A DNA stretch of 64,000 nt, taken from Patescibacteria group bacterium (GTDB taxonomy: Bacteria; Patescibacteriota; Patescibacteriia; UBA2591; JAQUPP01). The notes under the pieces are model-generated. The model saw only the letters and a list, made by a program, of their open reading frames with translations. It had not been told where the DNA came from and ran no database searches. The position numbers were made by a program, and so were the translations under genes. Positions 47,475-58,131 of the stretch are shown here, in pieces (position 1 is the stretch's first letter; each line of letters begins with the position of its first letter). Location of the stretch: assembly GCA_041649955.1 (NCBI GenBank), contig JBAZMD010000001.1, positions 4,079 to 68,078 of the forward strand, written 5' to 3'.

Positions 47475-48329
47475 TTAAAAACTAGGCGGCATAAAAACAC
47501 TTAAATCCAAAACATTAATTTCCGGCCTGACATCAATACTGGTTGCTTGCGGCGCAGTTTTCCCCCACGGCAATTCTATAATTTTATTTTCTTCACTTTT
47601 AAAATATTGAAGCGGAATGGTATTAATGCCGACAATTCTTGTATTTTGGTAAAGGGCGACCGCGAAATTAATTTCCCAGAAACTGTAAACGGATTGATTT
47701 TCTACAGTAAATGCAACTTGAGGCAATTCAATGCCTTGAGAAGTCATAACCCAATTTAATTGAGGATTGTGAATAATCAGTTTTGATAAAATTTCCAAAT
47801 TGGCCTCGCGGGGATGGCGAATTCTCTGCCAATTGATTTTTGAAATTTTAAAATTAACATCTTCCGATGAGGCATTTTTTTGGCCCAAAACAAAAAGATA
47901 TTTTTTTTCGTCCGGAAGAATAAAGTTTTTTTTGGAAAGCGTTTGGCCGCCATTGAAAGAAAAATAATATTCAATGGAAGAGACCATCCATTTTTCATTT
48001 AAATTTTGCGCATGGACTACAAAATCATATTGCGATTCCTGTCCGCTGGCCAAAGTTAAAATAGCGGTTTCATCGCTGATGATAATGTCTTGCGGCTTAA
48101 AATGTTCATGCATGCTGAGCCAATCTATTCTTTCTCTAGTCAATTCCACCAGCATTTCTTGATGGCTCTTGGTCAGAGAAAAATATATTATGCCTTGCCA
48201 AATGGCAATTCCCCAAAAAATCGCGTTTAAAACAATTAAAAAAATCTCCTTGGCTTTGCGGATATCATTTTTGTGTTCCAAAAACCATTGAGCGGCCCTG
48301 AGTTGTTTAAAAATAATATTTTCTCCCAT
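47475..48329 (-). CDS. Hypothetical membrane-anchored protein immediately upstream of (and co-directional with) the SEDS gene
   Basis: Single N-terminal TM helix. The gene is separated from the SEDS gene start by 4 nt. No family recognised. Confidence 0.5.
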   Translation of the reverse strand: MGENIIFKQLRAAQWFLEHKNDIRKAKEIFLIVLNAIFWGIAIWQGIIYFSLTKSHQEMLVELTRERIDWLSMHEHFKPQDIIISDETAILTLASGQESQYDFVVHAQNLNEKWMVSSIEYYFSFNGGQTLSKKNFILPDEKKYLFVLGQKNASSEDVNFKISKINWQRIRHPREANLEILSKLIIHNPQLNWVMTSQGIELPQVAFTVENQSVYSFWEINFAVALYQNTRIVGINTIPLQYFKSEENKIIELPWGKTAPQATSIDVRPEINVLDLSVFMPPSF

Positions 48330-48450
48330 GTAATTATTTTAACAAATATGTTAAAATATGGCAATGGGGGTTGCAAAATTTCTATTTAAGGACTAAAATT
48401 AAGATAGGTCAAATAATATTTTTTAATAAAATAATAATCAAAAAAATCAT

Positions 48451-48744
48451 ATGGCCAGTCAAAATCTTTTCTATATCACCACCAGCGTCGCTGTTATTTT
48501 TATAGCTTTTTTTTATATTCTCTTGGGTATTATCGCAGTGGTTATTGCTATAAGAATCGCTAAAGCTGCCGGTCGATTTTTAAATGTTTCCAAAAAAGCC
48601 GAAGATACTATGGATAAAATAAAGGAAAAAGTAACCTCAATCGCTTTTATGGGTTTGGTAACTCAGGGTTTAAAAGAAATATTCTCTTTTGTTAAAGCAA
48701 AAAAAGAAGAAAAAGAAAATAACGAAAACAAAGAAAATAAATAA
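48451..48744 (+). CDS. Small membrane protein with a coiled-coil tail (DUF948-like)
   Basis: N-terminal TM helix followed by an amphipathic helix and a Glu/Lys/Asn-rich tail. Weak. Confidence 0.4.
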   Translation: MASQNLFYITTSVAVIFIAFFYILLGIIAVVIAIRIAKAAGRFLNVSKKAEDTMDKIKEKVTSIAFMGLVTQGLKEIFSFVKAKKEEKENNENKENK

Positions 48745-48834
48745 AATAAAGATAATAAAAAATAGTTTTTAGTTTTCAACTAATGACTAAATAACCATAA
48801 CTATCAACCAAAAACTATAAACTATAAAAAAATT

Positions 48835-51800
48835 ATGTTTTCTCATTTACACATCCATAGCCATTATTCGCTGTTGGACGGTTTACCGAAAATTGATGAT
48901 TTAATCGCCGAAGCGAAAAAATATGAAATGACCGCTTTGGCGTTAACCGATCACGGCGTAATGTATGGCGTGATTGAATTTTATCAAAAAGCGAAAAAAG
49001 CCGGACTTAAACCGATTATCGGCGTAGAGGCTTATGTTGCTCCGCACAGCCGATTAGATAAAAAATCAAGAATAGACGAGAAACCATATCATCTGGTTCT
49101 CTTGGCAAAAAATCAGGAAGGATATAAAAATTTAATCAAATTGACTACCATTGCCCACTTGGAGGGCTTTTATTATAAACCGCGAATTGACTATGAAACA
49201 TTAGTCAAACATTCATCCGGACTTATCGCCTTAACCGCTTGTCTCCAAGGAGAAATCCCTCAATCAATTATTAATAATCAACTGGAGAAAGCTGAACAAA
49301 TTATTTTAAAATACAAAGAAATTTTCAAACCGGGAGATTTTTATTTAGAGGTTCAAAGTCATCCCAACAGTCCGGAACAGGAAAAAGTCAATAAAACTCT
49401 TTTAAAATTATCGCAAAAATACGATGTTCCATTAGTAGCGACAAATGACGTGCATTATGTGAAATCTGAAGACGCGGAAATTCAAGATATTTTGCTTTGC
49501 ATTCAAACTAAAAAGAAAAAATCCGATCAAAATCGGCTTTCCATGCTTTTTGATGATTTTTCTTTTCGTTCGCCGGAAAAAATGATTGAAGATTTTAAAG
49601 ATTATCCCGGAGCAATAGAAAACACGGAAAAAATTGTCCAAGCGTGCAACGTAGAAATTGAGCTCGGAAAAATTCAACTCCCCCATTTTCCTCTTCCCGA
49701 AGGAAAAACCGCCAATCAATATTTGGAAAAATTATGCCAAGAACGAATGGCTAATCATTACCCCAATCCTGATAAAAGTATTTTGGATAGATTCAATTAC
49801 GAACTTTCTGTTATTGAAAAAACCGGCTTTGCTTCTTACTTTTTAATCGTTCAAGATTTCGTAAACTGGGCCAAAGAAAATAAAATAATCGTCGGTCCCG
49901 GACGAGGCAGCGCGCCCGGTTCAATTATTTCTTATATTTTAAACATTACCGACATTGATCCCATAAAATACGAACTTATTTTTGAACGTTTCCTTAATCC
50001 GGATCGTATTGTCATGCCTGATATTGATTTGGATTTTGCCGATACGAGACGCGATGAAGTTATTCATTATGTTGAACAAAAATACGGACACGATCATGTT
50101 GCTCAAATTATTACTTTTGGAACCATGGCTGCCAGGGCCGGTATCAGAGACGTAGGACGAGTTTTGGATATTCCTTATTCTTTCTGCGATCAATTGGCAA
50201 AAATGATTCCCTTTGGAAGCGATCTTAAAGATGCACTGGATAAAGCCAGCGATTTAAAATCTTTTTATAACAGCAATGTTGATGCTAAAAAAATTATTGA
50301 CATTGCCATAAAATTAGAAGGTGTTTGCCGTCATGCTTCAAAACATGCCTGCGGAGTGGTAGTCACCCCTAAACCATTAAATCATTATCTTCCTGTTCAA
50401 TATGATATTTCCGGCGACGAGAAAACAGTTATTTCTCAATATGAAATGCATGCCATTGAAAATCTTGGATTATTAAAAATTGATTTTTTAGGTCTAAAAA
50501 ATTTAACGGTCATTGAAACTGCACTTAAAATAATCAAGAAAACGCAACAAAAAGAAATTGATATAAATAATCTTCCTGTTGATGATAAAAAAACATTCAC
50601 CTTGTTCAAAAAAGGAGAATGCACCGGTGTCTTTCAATTGGAAAGCGATGGAATGCGGCGTTATTTAAAACAGTTAAAACCAACTGATTTGAAAGATATC
50701 ATTGCCATGGTGGCCCTGTATCGTCCCGGACCAATGGAACTTATTCCCGATTATATTGCCGGGAAACACGGTCTAAAAACAATTTCTTATTTGCATCCGA
50801 AGCTGGAACCTATTTTGGCAAAAACTTATGGCGTAGCCGTATATCAGGAACAATTATTGCAAATCGCGCGCGATTTGGCCGGTTTTACTTTGTCAGAAGC
50901 TGATGTTTTGAGAAAAGCGGTTGGTAAAAAAATTCCCGCTTTGCTTAAAGAACAGAAAGAAAAATTTGTCAGCGGATGCGTAAAAAATAAAATTACCAAA
51001 GAAACGGCGGAAAATATTTTCGCTTTTATTGAACCTTTTGCCGGTTATGGTTTCAATTTGGCTCATGCTACTTGTTATGCCGCTATTGCTTATGAAACCG
51101 CTTATTTAAAGGCTAATTACCCTACTGAATTTATGGCCGCCTTGCTTACTTCTGATCAAAACGACACTGATAGAATTTCCATTTTGGTGGAAGATACAAA
51201 AAAAATGAAAATTGAAATTCTGCCGCCTGACGTTAATGAAAGTTTTGAGAACTTCACGGTCACTGATAAAAATAAAATCAGATTCGGACTTTTGGCGATT
51301 AAAAATATCGGCACGGGAATAGTGAGGACAATTATTGAACAACGGCAAGAAAATGGCGCCTATCAAAATTTAGAAGACTTTTTAAATCGCGTTCAAACAA
51401 AAGATCTGAATAAAAAATCCATGGAAAGCTTGATAAAAAGCGGTGCAATGGATTATTTCGGCGAGCGCGGCCAGCTTCTTGGCAATGTGGAAAATATATT
51501 GGAATTCGCCAAACAAAATCAAAAAGATAAAGAAAACGGCCAATCAAATTTATTTGGTGCAACATCGGTCGGACAAACAATGGGTTTAAAACTTCATCAA
51601 GTGCCGCCCACTGAACATCAGCAAAAACTTCTTTGGGAAAGAGAATTATTGGGATTGTTCATTTCTGAACATCCCTTGCAGGAATACAGCGAAATTTTAA
51701 AAAAATATTCAATTCCGATTGGAAAAATAAGCAATAATTCAAGCGTTAAAATTATCGGCTTGGTCGGTAAAATTAAAAAAATCATTACGGCCAAAAAAGA

Positions 51801-52017
51801 AATGATGCTTTTTGTAAAAATGGAAGATCATACCGGCGAAATAGAAGTTATTGTTTTCCCCAACCTATACAAAGAAAATCCCAACCTATGGCAAGAAAAT
51901 AAAATAGTTTCCGTTACCGGCCGCGTTTCAGATAAAGACGGAGTGCCTAAATTAATCGCTGAAAAAGTGAAAGAAATAAACAAAAATAAATTGGACGAGT
52001 TATTGCTTAAATCGTAA
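48835..52017 (+). CDS. dnaE: DNA polymerase III subunit alpha
   Basis: FSHLHIHSHYSLLDG PHP-domain start. 1060 aa. Pol III alpha core motifs (GPGRGS...). Confidence 0.9.
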   Translation: MFSHLHIHSHYSLLDGLPKIDDLIAEAKKYEMTALALTDHGVMYGVIEFYQKAKKAGLKPIIGVEAYVAPHSRLDKKSRIDEKPYHLVLLAKNQEGYKNLIKLTTIAHLEGFYYKPRIDYETLVKHSSGLIALTACLQGEIPQSIINNQLEKAEQIILKYKEIFKPGDFYLEVQSHPNSPEQEKVNKTLLKLSQKYDVPLVATNDVHYVKSEDAEIQDILLCIQTKKKKSDQNRLSMLFDDFSFRSPEKMIEDFKDYPGAIENTEKIVQACNVEIELGKIQLPHFPLPEGKTANQYLEKLCQERMANHYPNPDKSILDRFNYELSVIEKTGFASYFLIVQDFVNWAKENKIIVGPGRGSAPGSIISYILNITDIDPIKYELIFERFLNPDRIVMPDIDLDFADTRRDEVIHYVEQKYGHDHVAQIITFGTMAARAGIRDVGRVLDIPYSFCDQLAKMIPFGSDLKDALDKASDLKSFYNSNVDAKKIIDIAIKLEGVCRHASKHACGVVVTPKPLNHYLPVQYDISGDEKTVISQYEMHAIENLGLLKIDFLGLKNLTVIETALKIIKKTQQKEIDINNLPVDDKKTFTLFKKGECTGVFQLESDGMRRYLKQLKPTDLKDIIAMVALYRPGPMELIPDYIAGKHGLKTISYLHPKLEPILAKTYGVAVYQEQLLQIARDLAGFTLSEADVLRKAVGKKIPALLKEQKEKFVSGCVKNKITKETAENIFAFIEPFAGYGFNLAHATCYAAIAYETAYLKANYPTEFMAALLTSDQNDTDRISILVEDTKKMKIEILPPDVNESFENFTVTDKNKIRFGLLAIKNIGTGIVRTIIEQRQENGAYQNLEDFLNRVQTKDLNKKSMESLIKSGAMDYFGERGQLLGNVENILEFAKQNQKDKENGQSNLFGATSVGQTMGLKLHQVPPTEHQQKLLWERELLGLFISEHPLQEYSEILKKYSIPIGKISNNSSVKIIGLVGKIKKIITAKKEMMLFVKMEDHTGEIEVIVFPNLYKENPNLWQENKIVSVTGRVSDKDGVPKLIAEKVKEINKNKLDELLLKS

Positions 52018-52066
52018 AAAATGGTAAAATAATTACATAGTTTTAAAAACCAATTAACCAATATTT

Positions 52067-53206
52067 ATGCCAACAATTTTCATTTCTCCTCATCAAAAAA
52101 TCAGCTACATATTTTTCATTTTGGTGGCTTTAATGATTCTCGGTTTAATTTGGGGATTATTTGTCGCTTCTTATGGAGTTACAATCACCCTTACGCCCGA
52201 GCCGGAAGAAATTGATCTTGATATGGCTTTAAAAGCTCAATCTGCTGTTTCTTCTTCAGATTCTATTCAAGCGACAATTTTGGAAAATATCCAAGAATCA
52301 GAAGAAAAAGGCCAGCCCAAATCTACGGTCTCGGCCGAGGATTTTGCCGAAGGAGAAGTGATTATCACTAATAATACCGCTTCATCGGTAAATTTTATCG
52401 CCACGACCAGATTTTTGTCTCCGGACGGCTTAGTTTTCAGATTGGAAAAACAAACTTCAATTCCCGCCAAAGGCAAAATGAAAGCCATGGTACGGGCTGA
52501 TAAAATGGGCGCGGCTTATGAAATCGGACCATCTACGTTTACTGTTCCTAATTTAAAAAGCGCCGATCTGATAAAAAAAATCTCTGTTGTAAGCGAAAAA
52601 CCAATGACTGGCGGTTTAAAAACAGCCGGTATAATAATGGCTTCTGACATTAATGGTTTAAAACAAGATTTAAGCGATAAGCTTTTCAAAAAGGGACTAA
52701 CAGAAATAGAAAATCAGGTTTCTCAATCTAATTTCAAAATCGTTACCAAATCAGTTGTTTTAGAAGAATCTTGCGATGCCAAACCCAATGAAGAAAAAAC
52801 AGAATTTACCGTTTCTGAAAAAATTAAAATAGGAGCAGCAGCTTTTGATGAAAAAAAAGTTTTAGAAATCGCCCTTAATGCTTTAAAAGCAAAAATTCCT
52901 CAAGGAAAAGAATTTTTATCTTATGAACCCGCAAGCTTGTCTTATCGCTTGCTTAATTACGATATAAATAAGCAAACAGCTGACATTCAAATCCAAATGC
53001 GCGGATCCATGGTTATTAATTCGGAAAATCAAATTTTGGAGAAAAGCCATCTTAGAGGATTAAATTCCACTGAAATTAAAAATTATTTTTCTTCTTTGAA
53101 AGACGGTGATATTTTAATCAAAAAAGTCCAGGTAAAATTTTGGCCGCCATTCTTGAAAAAAGCGCCGACCTCTCTGGATAAAATTAATATAAAAATTACT
53201 AAATAG
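52067..53206 (+). CDS. Hypothetical membrane-anchored protein
   Basis: N-terminal TM helix and a large extracytoplasmic domain. No family recognised. Confidence 0.5.
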   Translation: MPTIFISPHQKISYIFFILVALMILGLIWGLFVASYGVTITLTPEPEEIDLDMALKAQSAVSSSDSIQATILENIQESEEKGQPKSTVSAEDFAEGEVIITNNTASSVNFIATTRFLSPDGLVFRLEKQTSIPAKGKMKAMVRADKMGAAYEIGPSTFTVPNLKSADLIKKISVVSEKPMTGGLKTAGIIMASDINGLKQDLSDKLFKKGLTEIENQVSQSNFKIVTKSVVLEESCDAKPNEEKTEFTVSEKIKIGAAAFDEKKVLEIALNALKAKIPQGKEFLSYEPASLSYRLLNYDINKQTADIQIQMRGSMVINSENQILEKSHLRGLNSTEIKNYFSSLKDGDILIKKVQVKFWPPFLKKAPTSLDKINIKITK

Positions 53207-53211
53207 ATAAT

Positions 53212-55032
53212 ATGAATGAAAATAAAATAGAAATTATCCGTCATTCTACCGCGCATTTGATTGCTGCGGCAATTTTGGAATTATTCCCCAATGCCAAATT
53301 CGGCGTTGGCCCGACCGTAGAAAACGGCTTTTATTATGATTTTGATTTGCCTCGCTCTCTTACTCCGGAAGATCTTCCGAAAATAGATAAAATGGCCAGA
53401 CAAATTCTTAAGAAAAATATAAAATTTGTCTGCCAAGAACTTGATATTAATGAAGCCATTGATTTGTTTCAAAAAGCTGACCAGCCTTATAAAATAGAAT
53501 TATTAAATGATATTAAAAAATACGGCACTACCCGCCTAAATTTTTCAGAAAAAAATTTAAGCGGGCAAGCTGAAGATAATAAGCAAAAACAAGTGAGTAT
53601 TTATACACTTGGCCGATTTGTTGATTTATGCCGCGGTCCGCACATTAGTTCAACTCAAAGTTTAGGCGCTTTTAAATTAACTAAAATCGCCGGCGCTTAT
53701 TGGCGCGGCGACGAAAAAAATAAAATGCTTCAGCGCATTTACGGAGTGGCTTTTGAAAATCAGCAAGAATTAAGCGATTATTTAAAGCTTCAAGAAGAAG
53801 CGGAAAAAAGAGACCACCGAAAATTAGGCAAAGAACTGGATTTATTCAGTATTGATGATTATGTTGGTCCGGGATTAGTGCTTTGGCACCCCAAACTTTC
53901 AATTGTCCGCGAACAAATTGAGTTATATTGGCGGCGAGAACATTATCAACGCGGCTATCAATACGTTTATACCCCTCATATTGGCTTAAGTAATCTTTGG
54001 CAAACCTCCGGCCATTTAGAAAATTTTCAAGAAGGGATGTATCCCCCAATGTTAATGGCTGAGAAGGACGAAATAGAAAAAACAAAATATTATGTTAAAC
54101 CAATGAGTTGTCCGTTTCATGTCCGGATATATAAATCGCAATTAAGAAGTTATCGAGATCTGCCGTTAAGATTTTGTGAATTGGGAAGCGTCTATCGTTT
54201 TGAAAGATCTGGAGTTTTACACGGAATGTTAAGAGTACGCGGTTTTACCCAAGATGATGCTCATGTTTTTTGCCGTGAAGATCAATTTGTTGATGAAATT
54301 AACAAAATTATTGATTTTGCCCTTGATATTAATAAAGTCTTTGGTTTTGATAAATTAAACGTCTATTTATCGGTTCGCGATCCAAAAATTACCGACAAAT
54401 ATATTCAAAATGAACACATTTGGAAATTTGCCGAAAAAATTTTGGAAGAGATATTAGTCAAAAGAAAAATTAAATTTCAAAAAGATATTGGCGGCGCCAA
54501 ATTCTACGGACCGGCTGTGGACATGAAAGCCGTTGATTCTCTGGGACGAGAATGGCAAGGAACTACTATTCAACTGGACATGAACCTGCCAAGTCGCTTC
54601 CAAATGACTTATATTGATAAAGACGGCAAAGAAAAAACTCCTATTATGTTACATCACACTGTCTTGGGTTCAATGGAAAGATTTGTGGGCACTTTAATAG
54701 AACATTATGCCGGTGCTTTTCCTGTCTGGCTGTCACCAGTACAAGTAAAATTAGTTTTAGTCAACGAAAAACATATTGAATTTGTTCAAAAATTGGCAAG
54801 TGAATTTAAGAAGGAAAATATTAGAGTTGAGTTAGATATCAGTAATGAAACTGTTGGCAACAAAATAAGAAAAGCGGCCAACGAAAAAGTTCCATACATG
54901 TTAGTAATTGGCGATAAAGAAGCTGTCTCGGATAAACTAATAATTCGAGATAGAGGCAGTAAAGATACAAGAGAAATTAGCAAAGAAGAATTTTTTAAAG
55001 AGATAAAAGAAAAAATTAACAGTAAAAAATAA
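53212..55032 (+). CDS. thrS: Threonine--tRNA ligase
   Basis: HSTAHLIAAA editing-domain motif and class II aaRS motifs. Confidence 0.9.
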   Translation: MNENKIEIIRHSTAHLIAAAILELFPNAKFGVGPTVENGFYYDFDLPRSLTPEDLPKIDKMARQILKKNIKFVCQELDINEAIDLFQKADQPYKIELLNDIKKYGTTRLNFSEKNLSGQAEDNKQKQVSIYTLGRFVDLCRGPHISSTQSLGAFKLTKIAGAYWRGDEKNKMLQRIYGVAFENQQELSDYLKLQEEAEKRDHRKLGKELDLFSIDDYVGPGLVLWHPKLSIVREQIELYWRREHYQRGYQYVYTPHIGLSNLWQTSGHLENFQEGMYPPMLMAEKDEIEKTKYYVKPMSCPFHVRIYKSQLRSYRDLPLRFCELGSVYRFERSGVLHGMLRVRGFTQDDAHVFCREDQFVDEINKIIDFALDINKVFGFDKLNVYLSVRDPKITDKYIQNEHIWKFAEKILEEILVKRKIKFQKDIGGAKFYGPAVDMKAVDSLGREWQGTTIQLDMNLPSRFQMTYIDKDGKEKTPIMLHHTVLGSMERFVGTLIEHYAGAFPVWLSPVQVKLVLVNEKHIEFVQKLASEFKKENIRVELDISNETVGNKIRKAANEKVPYMLVIGDKEAVSDKLIIRDRGSKDTREISKEEFFKEIKEKINSKK

Positions 55033-55045
55033 TTAAAGCAAATAA

Positions 55046-55147
55046 ATTAACGAGTTTAGCGAGCCCCAAAGGGGTCTCTCTGAGATTAACGAGTAAAAAA
55101 TTCGTTAATTCGTTGACCCAAAATGGGCCCCTTTGGGGCTCGTTAAT
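55046..55147. repeat. Nested palindromes built on TTAACGAG and GAGCCCCAAAGGGG between thrS and miaB
   Basis: gagccccaaagggg ... cccctttggggctc is a perfect 14-bp inverted repeat about 53 nt apart. An inner hairpin ttaacgag-taaaaaat-tcgttaa lies between the arms. TTGACC lies inside the second arm. Confidence 0.55.
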
Positions 55148-55155
55148 TTATTAAA

Positions 55156-56430
55156 TTGATGTATATGAAATATCATCTTATCACATTCGGCTGTCAGATG
55201 AATAAATCTGATAGCGAAAGAATCGCCGCGGTCTTGGAAAATATCGGATATAAAGAAACCTCAAAAATTAATGAGGCGGATTTGATTATTGTTAATATGT
55301 GCTCGGTTCGCCAAAAAGCGGTAGATCGGGTTTACGGAATGATTAAAAATTTTAATCGGATTAAAAAGCAAAATCCCAATCTTAAAATAATTTTAACCGG
55401 CTGTGTTCTCTTAAAAGACAAAAATAAATTAAAAAAATGGTTTGATTTAATATTTGATATAAAAGATCTGCCCAAATTAACAAAATTTTTAACCAGACAA
55501 TCAAACAAGCAAACTGACGATTATTTATCAATTTTACCCGCTATTTCTTCGCCTATTACCGCTTACGTGCCGATTATGACCGGTTGCAACAACTTTTGCG
55601 CTTATTGCGTCGTCCCCTACACCCGAGGCCGAGAAACCTCCAGATCTCCAAAAATCATTATTGCCGAAATTAAAAAATTATTAAAAGACGGTTACAAAGA
55701 AATAATTTTATTGGGTCAAAACGTAAATTCTTATCAGAAAGACGATATTAATTTTCCCCAACTTTTAAAAATGGTTGATAATCTGCCGGGTAAATTTTGG
55801 TTAAGATTTATCACCAATCATCCCAAAGATTTAACCGATGAACTTATCAATACCATTGCCGAATGCAAAAAAGTCGGACCGTATATGCACTTGCCAATCC
55901 AAGCCGGCAATGACCAAATACTTAAAAAAATGAATCGGCATTATACCGTATCTTATTATAAAAATCTGATCAAAAAGCTTCGTAAAAAAATACAAAATCT
56001 CAGCATTTCCACTGACATTATTGTCGGTTTCCCAGGTGAAACAAAAAATCAATTTAACGATACGGCTAAATTGATGCGTTCTCTTAAATTTGATATGGCC
56101 TATCTTGCCCAATATTCCCCTCGCCCTCAAACCTTGGCAGCCAAAACTTTTAAAGATAACGTGCCCAAAGAAGAAAAAAAACGACGCGAAGAAATTTTAA
56201 ATGAAATTTTAAAAAAAACTGCCTTGGAAAATAATAAAAAATATATCGGAAAAATTGTAGAAGTGTTAATAATCGGCTATGACAAAAAAAATAATCTTTA
56301 CGGTGTAACCGACACTTTTAAACACATTAAAATACTTTTAAAAAGTGAAAACTCATTAATAAAAATTAACGAGTTTTATAAGGTAAAAATTACTCAAGCG
56401 GCTTCGTGGGGCCTAGAAGGTTGTTTGTAG
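55156..56430 (+). CDS. miaB: tRNA methylthiotransferase MiaB (radical SAM MTTase)
   Basis: ITFGCQMNKSDSE N-terminal MTTase cluster and CxxxCxxC (CAYCVVPY). Lies adjacent to miaA. Confidence 0.8.
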   Translation: MMYMKYHLITFGCQMNKSDSERIAAVLENIGYKETSKINEADLIIVNMCSVRQKAVDRVYGMIKNFNRIKKQNPNLKIILTGCVLLKDKNKLKKWFDLIFDIKDLPKLTKFLTRQSNKQTDDYLSILPAISSPITAYVPIMTGCNNFCAYCVVPYTRGRETSRSPKIIIAEIKKLLKDGYKEIILLGQNVNSYQKDDINFPQLLKMVDNLPGKFWLRFITNHPKDLTDELINTIAECKKVGPYMHLPIQAGNDQILKKMNRHYTVSYYKNLIKKLRKKIQNLSISTDIIVGFPGETKNQFNDTAKLMRSLKFDMAYLAQYSPRPQTLAAKTFKDNVPKEEKKRREEILNEILKKTALENNKKYIGKIVEVLIIGYDKKNNLYGVTDTFKHIKILLKSENSLIKINEFYKVKITQAASWGLEGCL

Positions 56431-57151
56431 TCGCTTTCATTTCGTAAACAATAATAAAATATATAATCCAGAGAATAATCGCCAGAGGTATAAAACCCCA
56501 CATAAAATTAAATCTGATAATACTATTGTATAATCCGTGGAGCAAAATGGCTAAAATTAAACCTCTGAATTTAAACATTCTTTGCGTCATTCTATTGCTT
56601 TTATAAAATTTAGCCATTGCCAAATGATAACCAATAATTCCTCCGGATAAATAATGCATAAAAGTGGTGGTAAAACCCCTGAATAATAAAATCATGGTTC
56701 CATTGGCTAAATCTTTGGAAAAAAGAGCATAAAGAATATTTTCCGTAAATGCCAAACCCAAACTGAGACTCATGCCGTAAACAAACCCGTCTTTTATCTC
56801 GTCAAAATAACGGCAACGATAAAGCCTCCAATTCAATAAAACATATTTAGCTAATTCTTCAAATAAACCGTCAACCAAAAAAGATAAAATAAAAATTATT
56901 AAAATTGAATTCAAAAATAAATTTTGTTCTATCCAATTAGTTATTGGTCCGGCGATAAAAATCAATGGAATGGTAATAATCGCTCCCAAACTGAAAAATT
57001 TAAAAATTTCGCGTTTTGGTTCCGGCTGCCGGCGATCAAATCTTAAACAAAAAAAGAACCATAATAATGTCGGGCCGGCGCAAAGCAATAAATAAAACAA
57101 TAAATTAAGAGGGTGAGTTTCACCAAGTAATGTTTTTATAAAAATATTCAT
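56390..57151 (-). CDS. PrsW-family intramembrane metalloprotease
   Basis: EELAK (EExxK), FTENILYALF and HGLYN motifs in a polytopic membrane protein. Its 3' end overlaps miaB's 3' end by 41 nt, convergently. Confidence 0.55.
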   Translation of the reverse strand: MNIFIKTLLGETHPLNLLFYLLLCAGPTLLWFFFCLRFDRRQPEPKREIFKFFSLGAIITIPLIFIAGPITNWIEQNLFLNSILIIFILSFLVDGLFEELAKYVLLNWRLYRCRYFDEIKDGFVYGMSLSLGLAFTENILYALFSKDLANGTMILLFRGFTTTFMHYLSGGIIGYHLAMAKFYKSNRMTQRMFKFRGLILAILLHGLYNSIIRFNFMWGFIPLAIILWIIYFIIVYEMKATTNNLLGPTKPLE

Positions 57152-57192
57152 ATAATTCAGTTGATTCTTTAAGTATAAATGAAGTATTAGTT

Positions 57193-58131
57193 ATGTCAAA
57201 TCTCAAAAAAATCATAATTATCCTGGGTCCTACCGCTTCAGGCAAAACTGATATAGCTTTAAAATTGGCAAAAAAATTCAAGGGAGAAATTATTTGCGCT
57301 GACAGCCGAACAATTTATAAGGGAATGGATATTGGCACAGCAAAGCCAATCCATGGAACATGGAACATGGAACATGGAGCAAAAATATATAAAATTGATG
57401 GAGTCCCCCACTATATGATTGATGTCGTACAGCCAAATCAAGAATTCACCGTGGCACAATTTAAACAAAAAGCGATAGAAATTATTGATGATATTCAAAA
57501 AAGAAATAAAACTCCATTTTTAGTCGGCGGAACCGGTTTATATATTAGTTCTCTGGTGGATAATTTTGATATTCCGGCTATCGCGCCTGACAAAAAATTA
57601 AGAAGCAAACTGGAAAAAATGGCCGCCAAATATGGACCTGATTATCTCTGGAAAAAATTAATCAAATTGGATCCTGAAGCGAAAAAATTCATCCAAAAAG
57701 AAAATCTTCGCCGTGTTATTCGCGCCTTGGAAGTATGTTTAAAAACAAAAAAACCGTTCTCTCAAATACGCCAAAAAGGAGAACCGCTTTTTGAAACTCT
57801 TTTAATAGGCATTAATCAGCCTCGCCCAATTTTATATCAAAGAATTAATCAACGCGTAGACAAAATGATAAAATCAGGATTAATAAATGAAGTTAAAAAA
57901 TTAATAAAAAAATACCCTGCTCATTCGCGGGCTTTTAGCGGAATCGGTTATAAAGAAATTATTTCTTATCTGCGAGGCGAGATAAGTCTTATTGAAGCTG
58001 CAGATTTAATTAAAAAAAACACCCGGCATTATGCCAAGCGTCAAATTACCTGGTTCAAACGGGATGAACGCATAAAATGGATAAAAAAAATCAATCAAGC
58101 TAAAATTTTGATTAAAAAATTTCTAGCTTAA
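57193..58131 (+). CDS. miaA: tRNA dimethylallyltransferase
   Basis: GPTASGKT P-loop...DIGTAKP...VGGTGLY motifs. Carries a short insertion encoded by a 7-nt tandem repeat. Confidence 0.85.
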   Translation: MSNLKKIIIILGPTASGKTDIALKLAKKFKGEIICADSRTIYKGMDIGTAKPIHGTWNMEHGAKIYKIDGVPHYMIDVVQPNQEFTVAQFKQKAIEIIDDIQKRNKTPFLVGGTGLYISSLVDNFDIPAIAPDKKLRSKLEKMAAKYGPDYLWKKLIKLDPEAKKFIQKENLRRVIRALEVCLKTKKPFSQIRQKGEPLFETLLIGINQPRPILYQRINQRVDKMIKSGLINEVKKLIKKYPAHSRAFSGIGYKEIISYLRGEISLIEAADLIKKNTRHYAKRQITWFKRDERIKWIKKINQAKILIKKFLA

